Program-made: the position numbers and the translations under genes | In this document: positions 53,759-64,000 of the stretch, one piece after another | Numbering within the stretch: the first letter of the stretch is position 1 | Layout: each line of letters opens with the position of its first letter | Notes under the pieces: generated by a model | Databases searched by the model: none | What the model was told of the DNA's origin: nothing | What the model saw: only the letters and a program-made list of their open reading frames with translations | Source of the DNA: Eledone cirrhosa | Taxonomy: Eukaryota | NCBI GenBank assembly: GCA_964016885.1 | Contig: OZ024744.1 | Location: 111,848,001 to 111,912,000, forward strand | Direction of reading: 5' to 3' | Length of the DNA stretch: 64,000 nt

Positions 53759-54377
53759 ATATAAATACATACATTTACTTTTGTGACCATTCTTTAGAAT
53801 GTGGTCTTTGGTCTTTGTCTCTTGCGGCAACCTGCCGGTAGTTATGTAGCAGAAGACACTCAGCATGGAAGTTACTAATTGGATGCCGGATTTGAGGACC
53901 AAACCATGACAATCACCAGTTTTGTACCTGAACATGTGACTGCTCTGTGGGTGTGGACATTTCTATATTTCTTATGCAATCTGGTATGTTACGTCACAGA
54001 TGATACACAGACAATTCGTGTGAAATGTGTTCAAAGAATGGTAACAAAAGAACTGAAGCAAAAGTCACTGCAATTCAGCAAGAAGCCAATGAGAGAAGGG
54101 CTTGGGGTAGCTTTTATTTTATCTCCCTCAACACATTATCACATTATGACAATATGTTTTATGTAGGTACACATATTTCTCTGTATTTTATTATTTCATT
54201 TGAAATAATAAATGTTGATTGATTGATATTATATTTACTACATATATAGTACCAGTAATGAACTGGGTATTTGCTGGCCTTGTGCCTAAAGTAGAAACAA
54301 TTATATTTACTACATATATATACATATATATAAAAGTCCTTTTTTTTTCTCTGCAAATATACTTAACAAGAAGAATA

Positions 54378-54418
<41 letters not shown>

Positions 54419-54559
54419 CCTACCTCCCTCTGCCTCTATCTTTACTTCGGCCCTTGAAAAAATTGATTCCACTTCATTCACTCTCATCTCAGGAACAGTT
54501 TTGGATAGCGCTAGTTCGTAATTTAAATTCAAGAATTTTATATTCTTCGAATGAAAAGA

Positions 54560-54642
54560 ACCTTCTGACGAGAATCTTTCTTTGCAACGAAGGCCGTATG
54601 GTCTCCGTTTATTTTTGGGATTCGAAACCGATCGGTAAAGGT
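54560..54642 (+). ncRNA. Type I hammerhead, array unit 1
   Basis: acctt CTGACGA gaatctt...gggattc GAAAC cgatcg GTA aaggt; predicted cut after 54637. Confidence 0.92.
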
Positions 54643-55044
54643 AACTATAGTAGGTAAAGTCAATTTTTTAAAATTTATTTTGAAACTTTTTCATTATTTG
54701 CTAAACCTTGTTTATATATGTTCTGGCTCGTTAATTTATTAACCTGCCATTGAACCACATTGGCATTTGGTTGGACAATACATGCGTCCCTTAGCGCCTT
54801 GTGCGTGAAGGAACACATATCCTATTATTACTACTCTCCTCTATTGTTGAGAGACAAATTGGGTCGTTCCGACTGCTGCTAGTGATAGTTGCGGCCGGTT
54901 TGACCTACCTCCCTCTGCCTCTATCTTTACTTCGGCCCTTAAAAAAATTGATTCCACTTCATTCACTCTCATCTCAGGAACAGTTTTGGATAGCGCTAGT
55001 TCGTAATTTAAATTCAAGAATTTTATATTCTTCGAATGAAAAGA

Positions 55045-55127
55045 ACCTTCTGACGAGAATCTTTCTTTGCAACGAAGGCCGTATGGTCTCCGTTTATTTT
55101 TGGGATTCGAAACCGATCGGTAAAGGT
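55045..55127 (+). ncRNA. Type I hammerhead, array unit 2
   Basis: Identical to unit 1; predicted cut after 55122. Confidence 0.92.
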
Positions 55128-55529
55128 AACTATAGTAGGTAAAGTCAATTTTTTAAAATTTATTTTGAAACTTTTTCATTATTTGCTAAACCTTGTTTAT
55201 ATATGTTCTGGCTCGTTAATTTATTAACCTGCCATTGAACCACATTGGCATTTGGTTGGACAATACATGCGTCCCTTAGCGCCTTGTGCGTGAAGGAACA
55301 CATATCCTATTATTACTACTCTCCTCTATTGTTGAGAGACAAATTGGGTCGTTCCGACTGCTGCTAGTGATAGTTGCGGCCGGTTTGACCTACCTCCCTC
55401 TGCCTCTATCTTTACTTCGGCCCTTGAAAAAATTGATTCCACTTCATTCACTCTCATCTCAGGAACAGTTTTGGATAGCGCTAGTTCGTAATTTAAATTC
55501 AAGAATTTTATATTCTTCGAATGAAAAGA

Positions 55530-55612
55530 ACCTTCTGACGAGAATCTTTCTTTGCAACGAAGGCCGTATGGTCTCCGTTTATTTTTGGGATTCGAAACCG
55601 ATCGGTAAAGGT
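55530..55612 (+). ncRNA. Type I hammerhead, array unit 3
   Basis: Identical to unit 1; predicted cut after 55607. Confidence 0.92.
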
Positions 55613-55679
55613 AACTATAGTAGGTAAAGTCAATTTTTTAAAATTTATTTTGAAACTTTTTCATTATTTGCTAAACCTT

Positions 55680-55715
<36 letters not shown>

Positions 55716-55812
55716 GTGAATATGTGAATGTATGTTTGGATATATATATATATGTTTATATATATATACATATATACATACATATATATTTATATATATA
55801 TATATATACATA

Positions 55813-56470
55813 TTAGAAAGAAACGAAGCCTGCATGCTCCGATGGATGTGTAACAGTAATATACGCGAACGGCAAAGCATAAATGAATTGAGAGAGAGAG
55901 ACCGAGCATAAGAGGAATCAAATGCTGTGTGCAGGAGAAGCGGTTGAGTTGGTATGGACATGTGATGCGCATGATGGATGACAGCTGCATAAAAAGGTGC
56001 AGAGCACTAGAAGTCGATGGAAACCGCGGAGTGGGGAGACTCAAGAAGACCTGGGATGAGGTCATAAAAGCCGACCTTACCCAATTACACCCCTCAAAGG
56101 CGATGACACACGACTGACCTCTGGCGTCACGCAGTAATACAGAGTACCCGACCTCCCATGGGTACAAGCTGAAGCATATAGACAATATGCCCCCACACCC
56201 TCCCACTGCAAAGTGGTCGTGAAGGTGCCACGGCAAAAAAGCACCCAGCCCACGTTGTAAAGTGGACGTGTAGGCGTCACGGAAAAAGCACCCAGCACTC
56301 ACTGTAAATGAGGTTGGTGTTAGGAAGGGCATCCAGCTGTAGAAATCAAGCCAAAATCAGTTCCTGTATGAGCAAGGCATGGTCAGCCGACCAGACACTG
56401 CCCACAACAGGACAACCCGTCTAACCCATGCTAGCGTGGAAGAACGGACGTAAAACGGTGATGATGCTGA
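55813..56470 (+). mobile_element. RTE LINE 3' fragment (subfamily B)
   Basis: RNEACMLRWMC, RLSWYGHVMRM, KKTWDEVIKADL, then 3' UTR. Confidence 0.88.
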
Positions 56471-56562
56471 TATATATATATATATGTATATAAGTATGGT
56501 TGCAAGAAAAATTGTGTCCGTAGGTGGTATGCCGGTTGAGCATTAAATGCTCCCATAGAGCA

Positions 56563-56889
56563 GAGTAAAATACTATAAGAATAAAGGAACAAAGATTCAG
56601 TGTTGCATCATAACATATTTAATAACATATTACATATGTTTCCCTGTCAATCAGCTCGAGGAACGACCTATTATTGATCAAACCTGACTGTAATCGAATG
56701 ATCATCAAATATGTTTCCTATATGAGACGAGATTACATAGGAAACATAACTGATGATCTTTCGATTTCAGAGTCAGGTTTGATCAATAATAGGTCATTCC
56801 TCGAGCTGATTGATAGTGAAACATATGTAATATGTTATTAAATATGTTATGATGTAACACTGAATCTTTGTTTTTATAGTATTATACTA
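56563..56889. repeat. Diverged fold-back (~155-bp arms) with hammerhead (56743-56836, + strand)
   Basis: aacata-a CTGATGA ... GAAAC atat GTA a-tatgtt; the other arm has TTGATGA with a perfect stem I. Confidence 0.85.
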
Positions 56890-56892
56890 TTA

Positions 56893-57777
56893 TCTATATA
56901 TATAAAACTGAGGAAGTCTGTCTGTGTGTGTGTGAGTTTGAATCCCTAAAACTCGAGAACCACCCAACCGACTGTTTTCAAACTTTACACATGTAATACT
57001 TATGTTTCAGGGAGAGTTCTGAGCAAAAACAATTTTAAATTTTCAATGCCCTAGGGACCGCATTAGGCGATTTAGCGATCTCTCTCTATAATTCTTAGTC
57101 TTTCTCTTTTTAGATAGATACATACATATAACATCGTGCCCTTATAATATCTGTCTGGATGTCTGGCTGTCTGCATTACATCACTTCCCTGATGATGTAT
57201 GTGTGTGTCTGTGAGTTTGAATCCCTAAAACTCGAGAAGTACCCAACCGATTTTTTCAAACTTTACATTTGTATTACTTATGTTTCAGGGAGTGTTATGC
57301 ACATAAAATTCAACTTTTTGCACATCAACTTTATGCACATGAAATTCAACTTTTTGATCCCCTAGGGCCCGCATTAGTTAAAAAAAAACTGCGTTTTTTC
57401 AGGTACTTAGGAGTTTTTTTAGTCGTTACGTCAGACCAATTTCCTTGAAATTGTAACTATGTATTAGTCAGTCTCTTCTTCATACCGTGAGCAAAGAAAA
57501 TCCAATCTTTTTTATGGCCTAGGGCCCGCATTAGGTGAAAAAATTCATTTTTTCAGCATTTTAGGGTTTTTTTGAGGAGTTACGTCTAGCCCATTTTCCC
57601 GAAACTGCATTTTTCCTGCTTCATCGAGGAAAATCTTAAAGATTATCCAGCCATCAGAGTATTCGGTTTATTTTCTTTACATATTGTCCACGCATGCAGT
57701 TTTTCCCACGATTAGGTCTGTTGGCGGCCCGCGTTCCAAAATACCTTATCCCGTGCATCGCCGGGTACCACTGCTAA
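56893..57777 (+). mobile_element. Non-autonomous Helitron
   Basis: A|TCTATATATATAAAACTG start; cccg-tgcatcgc-cggg hairpin; CTAA|T end. Confidence 0.88.
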
Positions 57778-57856
57778 TATATATATATATATATATAAAC
57801 ATATATGATTATGTGTGTATTTGCATTGTGTGTATGTGTATGTATATATGTGTATG

Positions 57857-57891
<35 letters not shown>

Positions 57892-57902
57892 ATATAAATA
57901 CA

Positions 57903-58378
57903 TATTTTGGAACGCGGGCCGCCAACAGACCTAATCGTGGAAAAACTGCATTCGTGGACAATATGTAAAGAAAATAAACCGAATACTCTGATGGCTGGAT
58001 AATCTTTAAGATTTTCCTCGATGAAGCAGGAAAAATGCAGGTTTTCATCTAATGCGGGCCCCCTAGGGGATCAAGAAAATGGAATTTTTTTTATGTGCAT
58101 AATATGCCTTGAAATTTCGGGAAAATCGGCTAGACGTAACGCCTCAAAAGAGCCCTAAAAAGCTGAAAAAATGAAGTTTTTCACCTAATGCGGGCCCTAG
58201 GCCATAAAAAAGTTGGATTTTCTTTGCTCACGGTATGAAGAAGAGGCTGACTAATACATAGTTACAGACAGATATTATAAGGGCACGATGTTATATGTAT
58301 GTATCTTTCTAAAAAGAGAAAGACTAAGAATTATAGAGAGAGATCGCTAAATCGGCTAATGCGGTCCCTAGGGCATAG
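57903..58378 (-). mobile_element. Inverted, internally rearranged partial copy of the adjacent Helitron
   Basis: Blocks are reverse complements of 57605-57742, 57455-57600 and 57045-57155. Confidence 0.85.
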
Positions 58379-58390
58379 AAAATTTATATG

Positions 58391-58427
<37 letters not shown>

Positions 58428-58814
58428 TTATGTTGACTTGTTCTTCTTTTTGGTAAATATCATCTTGGTTAAGAGAGTGGGACTGGCTTTGTGCAGTGCC
58501 TTTGCTCACTATAAAAGCTTCACGGCACAGGCATTGCTTTATATCTGGAGATCTCTCTGCACTTGTCGTCACATGATACCATGGGCCCAGCACTATGTGT
58601 CAATAATTGTCACAAGTGTAGTGTTTGTACCAGAGTTTTCTAGTCGCTGGCTGGACTAAAAAGTCACACTCGTTCAGCGCATCGGTAGGAGTTCTCCTAC
58701 ATGGATATAAAGTAGTGGCCGTACTCGAAAACGAGTTGGCAGCCACCATGTAGTATGTATGTATGCATTTATAAATGTATATTATGCATGCCTGATATAT
58801 ATATATATGTGTGG

Positions 58815-58850
<36 letters not shown>

Positions 58851-59172
58851 GTGTGTATATACATGTATGTATGTTTACATATGCGTATATGTGTGTGACT
58901 GTCTGGCCGATATTTGTATCTTTCACTTAATGTATCCATGTATTTATCTTTTATTTTGTCCTTATTTTTATTATATATATATATATATATATATTTTAAA
59001 CGCTGTTAATTTTTATAATTTTTAAATATATCTATGCATGTCCTTTCTTACTGTATATATGTATGTGTGTTTATTATCGTGAGTGTGTATCGTGAGTATA
59101 TATTTTGTTTTGTATGTATATGTTTGTTTGTACGTATGTGTATGTATGTCTGTATGTATGTGAGCGTACATG

Positions 59173-59210
<38 letters not shown>

Positions 59211-59291
59211 AAAGTTCTATTTAAAATTGTTGGGATACAACAAGTAAATATTTTATAACTGATATAAAGCACTCGACAAGTTTTGGGAGTA

Positions 59292-59625
59292 GATATACGA
59301 TATTAATAAATGGAAACTATATTTATAAAACCATATTTATTTCATTAATGAAATAATTGTTTCTACTATTGGCACAAGGCCAGAAATTACCCAGTACATT
59401 ACTGGTACTTTATTTTATCGACCCCGTAAGGATGAAAGGCAAAGTTAACCTCGGCGGGATTTGAACTCAGAATAGCAAGGGCCGTAACTCTATGCATCAA
59501 AGCATGGCGTCCGACCCTCTACCGATACTGCCAATCCACCGCCATTAATGAAATAATGAAATAAATAAATTAATGAAATAAATATGGTTTTATAAATATA
59601 ATTTCCATTTATTAATATCGTATAT
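59292..59625. repeat. Fold-back of the 36336 family, interrupted by a SINE
   Basis: Arms ~59292-59346 and ~59571-59625. Confidence 0.85.
59358..59543 (-). mobile_element. Full-length tRNA-derived SINE with 14-bp target-site duplication
   Basis: Reverse strand: TGGCAGTATCGG A box, GAGTTCAAATC B box; TSD attaatgaaataat at 59344-59357 and 59544-59557. Confidence 0.88.
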
Positions 59626-59688
59626 ATATATATATATATTGAAAGGATAACAATGACGATTGATTACTCCTTCATTTCATTTATTGGT

Positions 59689-59775
59689 AGGTGACGCGCG
59701 TTTCGCCACTGATCAGCTCAAGGTTCGATCTGTATCGATCCTACCCGACTCAATAATCGGCAGCTCGACGGACCC
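59689..59775 (-). ncRNA. Degenerate hammerhead (CCGTCGA core)
   Basis: Reverse strand: gggt CCGTCGA gctgc...gtggc GAAAC gcgc GTC acct, then aataaa. Confidence 0.55.
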
Positions 59776-60212
59776 TCTTAAAATGCTATAAGAAAATGAA
59801 ATACATGCTATGTGGTAAAGTCAGCGTTTCGAGAGTTTGACAAAATGAGATGTTTTGATTGGTGGGAAGGATCAAGGCGATGTACTGGCCTGTAGTGTAT
59901 ATGGGGATGGGTGTGATGGTGAGATGTTGGTGACGGTCGCTGGGTGTGATGGGCTGTGGTGGGTTGGCCTTGGCCTGTAGTGTATGTGGGGTGGATGTGA
60001 TGATAAGATGGTGGTGACGGTCGCTTACTTTGATAGGCTGTGGTGTGAGGTTAGTGGGTTGTCGGTAAACGGGTTGGCGTGTGGGTGGGGGGTGTGGTAG
60101 TGGTGTTGTGGTTTATGGTAGTGGCGTTTGTGGTGGTGTGGTGGATGTGCCGGTGGTGTCGAGTCCTTCAGGAGATACATAGTTAGACGCTCTTCGTCTG
60201 ACAAATACGTTG

Positions 60213-60246
<34 letters not shown>

Positions 60247-60694
60247 TATATGTATATACATGCGCATATATACTGATATATATATACTCACGAACACACC
60301 CACATACACACACACACCCGCGCCCACACATATCCACACCCATATGCATATATACACACATGTATGTGCATGCGCGCGTGCAGACACATAGAGGGAGAGT
60401 GGGGGAGTAGTAGGACAAAGATGGAGGGAAGGTGAGAGACAATGGAGATGGTGTTATACATATAAACATACACATACATACACTCATACGGATATTCACA
60501 CATACACACACACACACGTATACATAAACATACACATACACACACACGCGCGTATACACACACATATACACACACATACATATACGCACACATATACACA
60601 CAATACATATACACATATATATATATATCGAGTGCTCTCCCGGGTGAACCTGCAGTACCTCCAAGTTACACCCTGGATATATATATATATATAT

Positions 60695-60957
60695 ATAATA
60701 TAAGATCAAAAGATGGTTAAAGGAGTTCCATATATTTTATTATGCGCATTTCAAAAACAAACATCATCAAGCAATAATATTTGTGTTTTCATCAGATTTA
60801 AAATGCACTATCAACAAGTGTTTTTTTAGCCTTCATATCATGTTCTCCTGTTTTATCTGATGAAAACACAAATATTATTGCTTGATGATGTTTGTTTTTG
60901 AAATGCGCATAATAAAATATATGGAACTCCTTTAACCATCTTTTGATCTTATATTAT
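60695..60957. repeat. Fold-back (~103-bp arms) with hammerhead
   Basis: Arms 60695-60797 and 60855-60957. Confidence 0.95.
60851..60917 (+). ncRNA. Type I hammerhead ribozyme
   Basis: ttttat CTGATGA aaac-acaaatattatt/gatgatgtttgt-tttt GAAA tgcgca TA ataaaa. Confidence 0.87.
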
Positions 60958-61040
60958 GCATACTCCAGTCCCACAAACTGTAGAGTGCTTCTTATCCGAT
61001 ATCTGCATTGCTTTATTGTACTACAATAAAACTCACCCCC

Positions 61041-61088
<48 letters not shown>

Positions 61089-61109
61089 GATAAATCTACC
61101 AAGAATTTA

Positions 61110-61259
61110 CATTATTTCTGAAGACGGCGTATATATGTGTTGGTATGTATATTTAATCTTGATAATTTGTATAATTTTGTATAATTTTGTACATAGATCT
61201 GTTGAATATGCATGCCAATTCTAACACATATATATCCTAGAAACGATCGTTAAATAATG
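61110..61259 (+). ncRNA. Type I hammerhead with long stem II
   Basis: cattattt CTGAAGA ..tatatatgtgttgg/ctaacacatatata.. GAAAC gatc GTT aaataatg; stem I 8 bp. Confidence 0.75.
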
Positions 61260-61306
61260 AACTTTTTTTGTTTAATATAAGGAATTGTTTATTCATTATT
61301 TGTTTA

Positions 61307-61338
<32 letters not shown>

Positions 61339-61609
61339 AATGAGAGGTATAGAGATTGTTTTAGCAAGAAGCTAACGGCATTCTATAACATATATGCGAC
61401 TATAACGTCAAGATGGGAAAAGTAGTTAACGTAAGATTTAGGAAAAATAACTCAAACTCATCTCAAAAGAGAATCAGGATACAAATTCATCCACAGAATT
61501 TAGTAAAATCCAGGGAAAAATCTATAGACCTTTAACTCATGATAAAATAAAGTTTGAAACACTTATCCTTCAATTTGGAATAACATCAAATGCTCTGTAT
61601 AGTCTTAAA

Positions 61610-61672
<63 letters not shown>

Positions 61673-62124
61673 GGAAATTTAGTAAAATCGAATCTCTGGC
61701 GGTTTGCAAGCAAATTCGGCCTACTTATATGAAATGATGAGTTAGCAAAGCACTCGATAAGTTAGGTCCTTAGAGTAATAACATACGTTTAAATAGCTTG
61801 ACAAATCGAACATTGTGGTAGGCAAAATCTAACACACAATAATATACCAAAGTAACGATAGAACTAACAGGTTGAGAAAAATACACCTGTACAAATCAAA
61901 CGATTATACGTTTAAAGTGTTTCTTTGAATCCGAAATCATATATAAATATAAATTAGCGAGAATCGTATTTCGGCTTAGGAATTAACGAAAAACAACCTC
62001 CGAGATGTGTGGCAAGCGCTCAATGATTCAGATGAACCAGAGCTACAACATACGTTAAAGGCCCCAAAAAAACGACCTAGTAATTCGGGTCAAACAAATA
62101 AAAATATATATATATATATATATG

Positions 62125-64000
62125 AATTTGTTTTGCAAAACAAATTCATATATATATATATTTTTTTATTTGTTTTGCAATGTTTTTGATATGAAATCGT
62201 GTGTCGAATCAAATATTGTTATACTTGGGGAGGGTCATATTGTTGTAATAATATTGCCAGAAATAATAACAGAATACACTCACTGTTTGGTTGGTTTTCG
62301 CTTCTGTATCTTTTATATCTCCATAGTTAATTTATTTGGCAATCAATGTTTATCATTGATTGACCAGTGGTTAAAAATACAGATATAAATATATACATAC
62401 AGTCTATCAAAGTTCTTTCGTCACACATCTGCAACATCATCAGTGGTACTATTATGTTTCCTCCTATTGTATTGTATGTCTACGCCATTTTAATTTTATT
62501 TATTTATTTATTCTTGTCTCTATCCCTGCGCATGCATTTGCGTGTGTGTATAATGTTTGGTGTGTGTGTTCGCGTTTGAGTGTATGTGTTTTTATTTTTG
62601 TATTCTATCTTTGTTCACTAGTGTGTGTTTATATGTGTTTGATGTTATTGTACTTGTGTATTTATTTATTTATTTATATTTCCCTTAAGTCAGTATTGTA
62701 TGGTTGTTGTTGTTATTATTCCATTCGTTCTTTCTGTTCAACTTTGGTCTTTTTAGTTCTAACTCAGTTGCTTCTCTGATTTGTCTACCTGTTGAGTCAT
62801 TTCTATCCTTAGATATTATTTTAATTTCTATGTTGTCTATATGACCGTCATGTCTTTGTCTGGCGTGTTCATATAGTACTGAACCGTTTTTTTTTTTGTC
62901 CTTTTAGTTCCCCCCAGTGTTGGTCTATTCTTTCTCCTATGCTTCGAGCTGTCTCACCTATGTATGTCGTTGTCATGTTTCTGCAAGTACCCTCTGTACA
63001 TCTTATGCTATAGACTACATTTCTAGTTTTACAGTTTATCTGGGGGTTCATTTTACATATAACACATTTCTTATTAGTACAAGGGGTATGTTTTGCTAAT
63101 CAGGGATTTTATGGTAGTTATTGGTTTTTCTACCACTTTAATCTTTAAATGCGTCTTTCTTAGGGCCTTTCTACATTGCTTAGCTAATTTCCTCCAGGGG
63201 TAGCATCCATGAACATGACACTCTGGTATCTCTGGTTGTCGTACCATGAAGTGGCTTTCCCTATCTTATGTCTAGTCCTATCTAAGCTATTCCATGATTT
63301 GCTCCTGTATCAGGGGCAAATTCCTTTCATGTCCAGTTCTATGAGGATCTTATATTTCTCCGTGGCTCCTTTGTATACTCTGATTCTGTCTCTTTGGTTG
63401 TAGCCAGAGAACTGCATACAGTTGATGAAGTGTTGGATGTGTCTTTCCATTTCAGTTGGGTTGCACGTGTGGGACACATTCTTCATCACTCTTACCAAGT
63501 CTGCGATCAGAATATTAAACTTAGCACTATTGGACATTGCTGAGTTTTTGAGTATCAGGTATTTGGAGGCCATGGGTTTAGCAGAGTGTGATTGGAGAAT
63601 TTGGGCCCTCTCATCTATAGTGTTAATTCAGAGTTCCGTATCTAATACAGGTAGTGTATTGTTAGGGTGTTTGGAAGGGTAGTCGATAGTTACAGTTATA
63701 CTCTGGTGTTTTGAGTTAGCTATCTGCTGGATGCTTTCCATTGTGCTATTTTCTAATTCATGTTTATTAGTACTCTCTTGTGGGCGTGTCCTTATTACTA
63801 TATTGATATTGTCTACGTAACGAGAGTACATGACGAGGTCTATCGAACTCTCTTTAAGGAGTTATATGAGTCTCCTCTCCCACCATACCATAAATAGGTT
63901 GGCAACATCACCAAGCTATGCTGACGCCAATGGCGGCTCCCTCATTCTGGGTGTAGATCTTTTCATTAAATTTAAACATATGGCCTTTTAGGGTAGTTTT
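62125..64000 (-). mobile_element. Degenerate Penelope-like element (RT, GIY-YIG, 3' pseudo-LTR), running off the window
   Basis: SRYVDN, LPVLD, KPMAS, CVIC, NVVYSIRC, YIGETARSIGERIDQH, LNRKNEW; non-coding tail 62125-62690. Confidence 0.9.

Larger units (their letters stand above)
54416..55688 (+). mobile_element. 485-bp tandem array (2.6 units), one hammerhead per unit; retrozyme-like
   Basis: Units start 54416, 54901, 55386; one visible mismatch (54941); flanked by (TA)n on both sides. Confidence 0.85.

Noticed and set aside
54801-55627. 113-aa ORF repeated in the 485-bp array
   Set aside because: GTG start, no recognisable domain, overlaps the ribozyme; identity reflects recent duplication.

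Overview
Eukaryotic, AT-rich, repeat-saturated window with no recognisable host gene; the SINE/RTE repertoire suggests an octopod cephalopod (inference). It holds decayed LINEs (L1/Tx1, R4/Dong, CR1-like, several RTE copies including one nearly intact), two Penelope-like (GIY-YIG) fragments, a Tc1, a piggyBac-type MITE, Helitrons, tRNA-SINEs, microsatellites and two TE-derived satellites (59 bp, 51 bp). The main signal is RNA-level: about 14 intact or near-intact type I hammerhead ribozymes (HHRs) plus several decayed ones, found by eye. They occur as (i) a nearly identical 485-bp tandem array with one HHR per unit (54416-55688, retrozyme-like), (ii) pairs of different HHRs about 210-260 nt apart, and (iii) fold-back insertions whose inversion points lie at the ribozyme core or cleavage site. 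Coordinates were read manually and may be off by a few bases. No folding program or database search was run.
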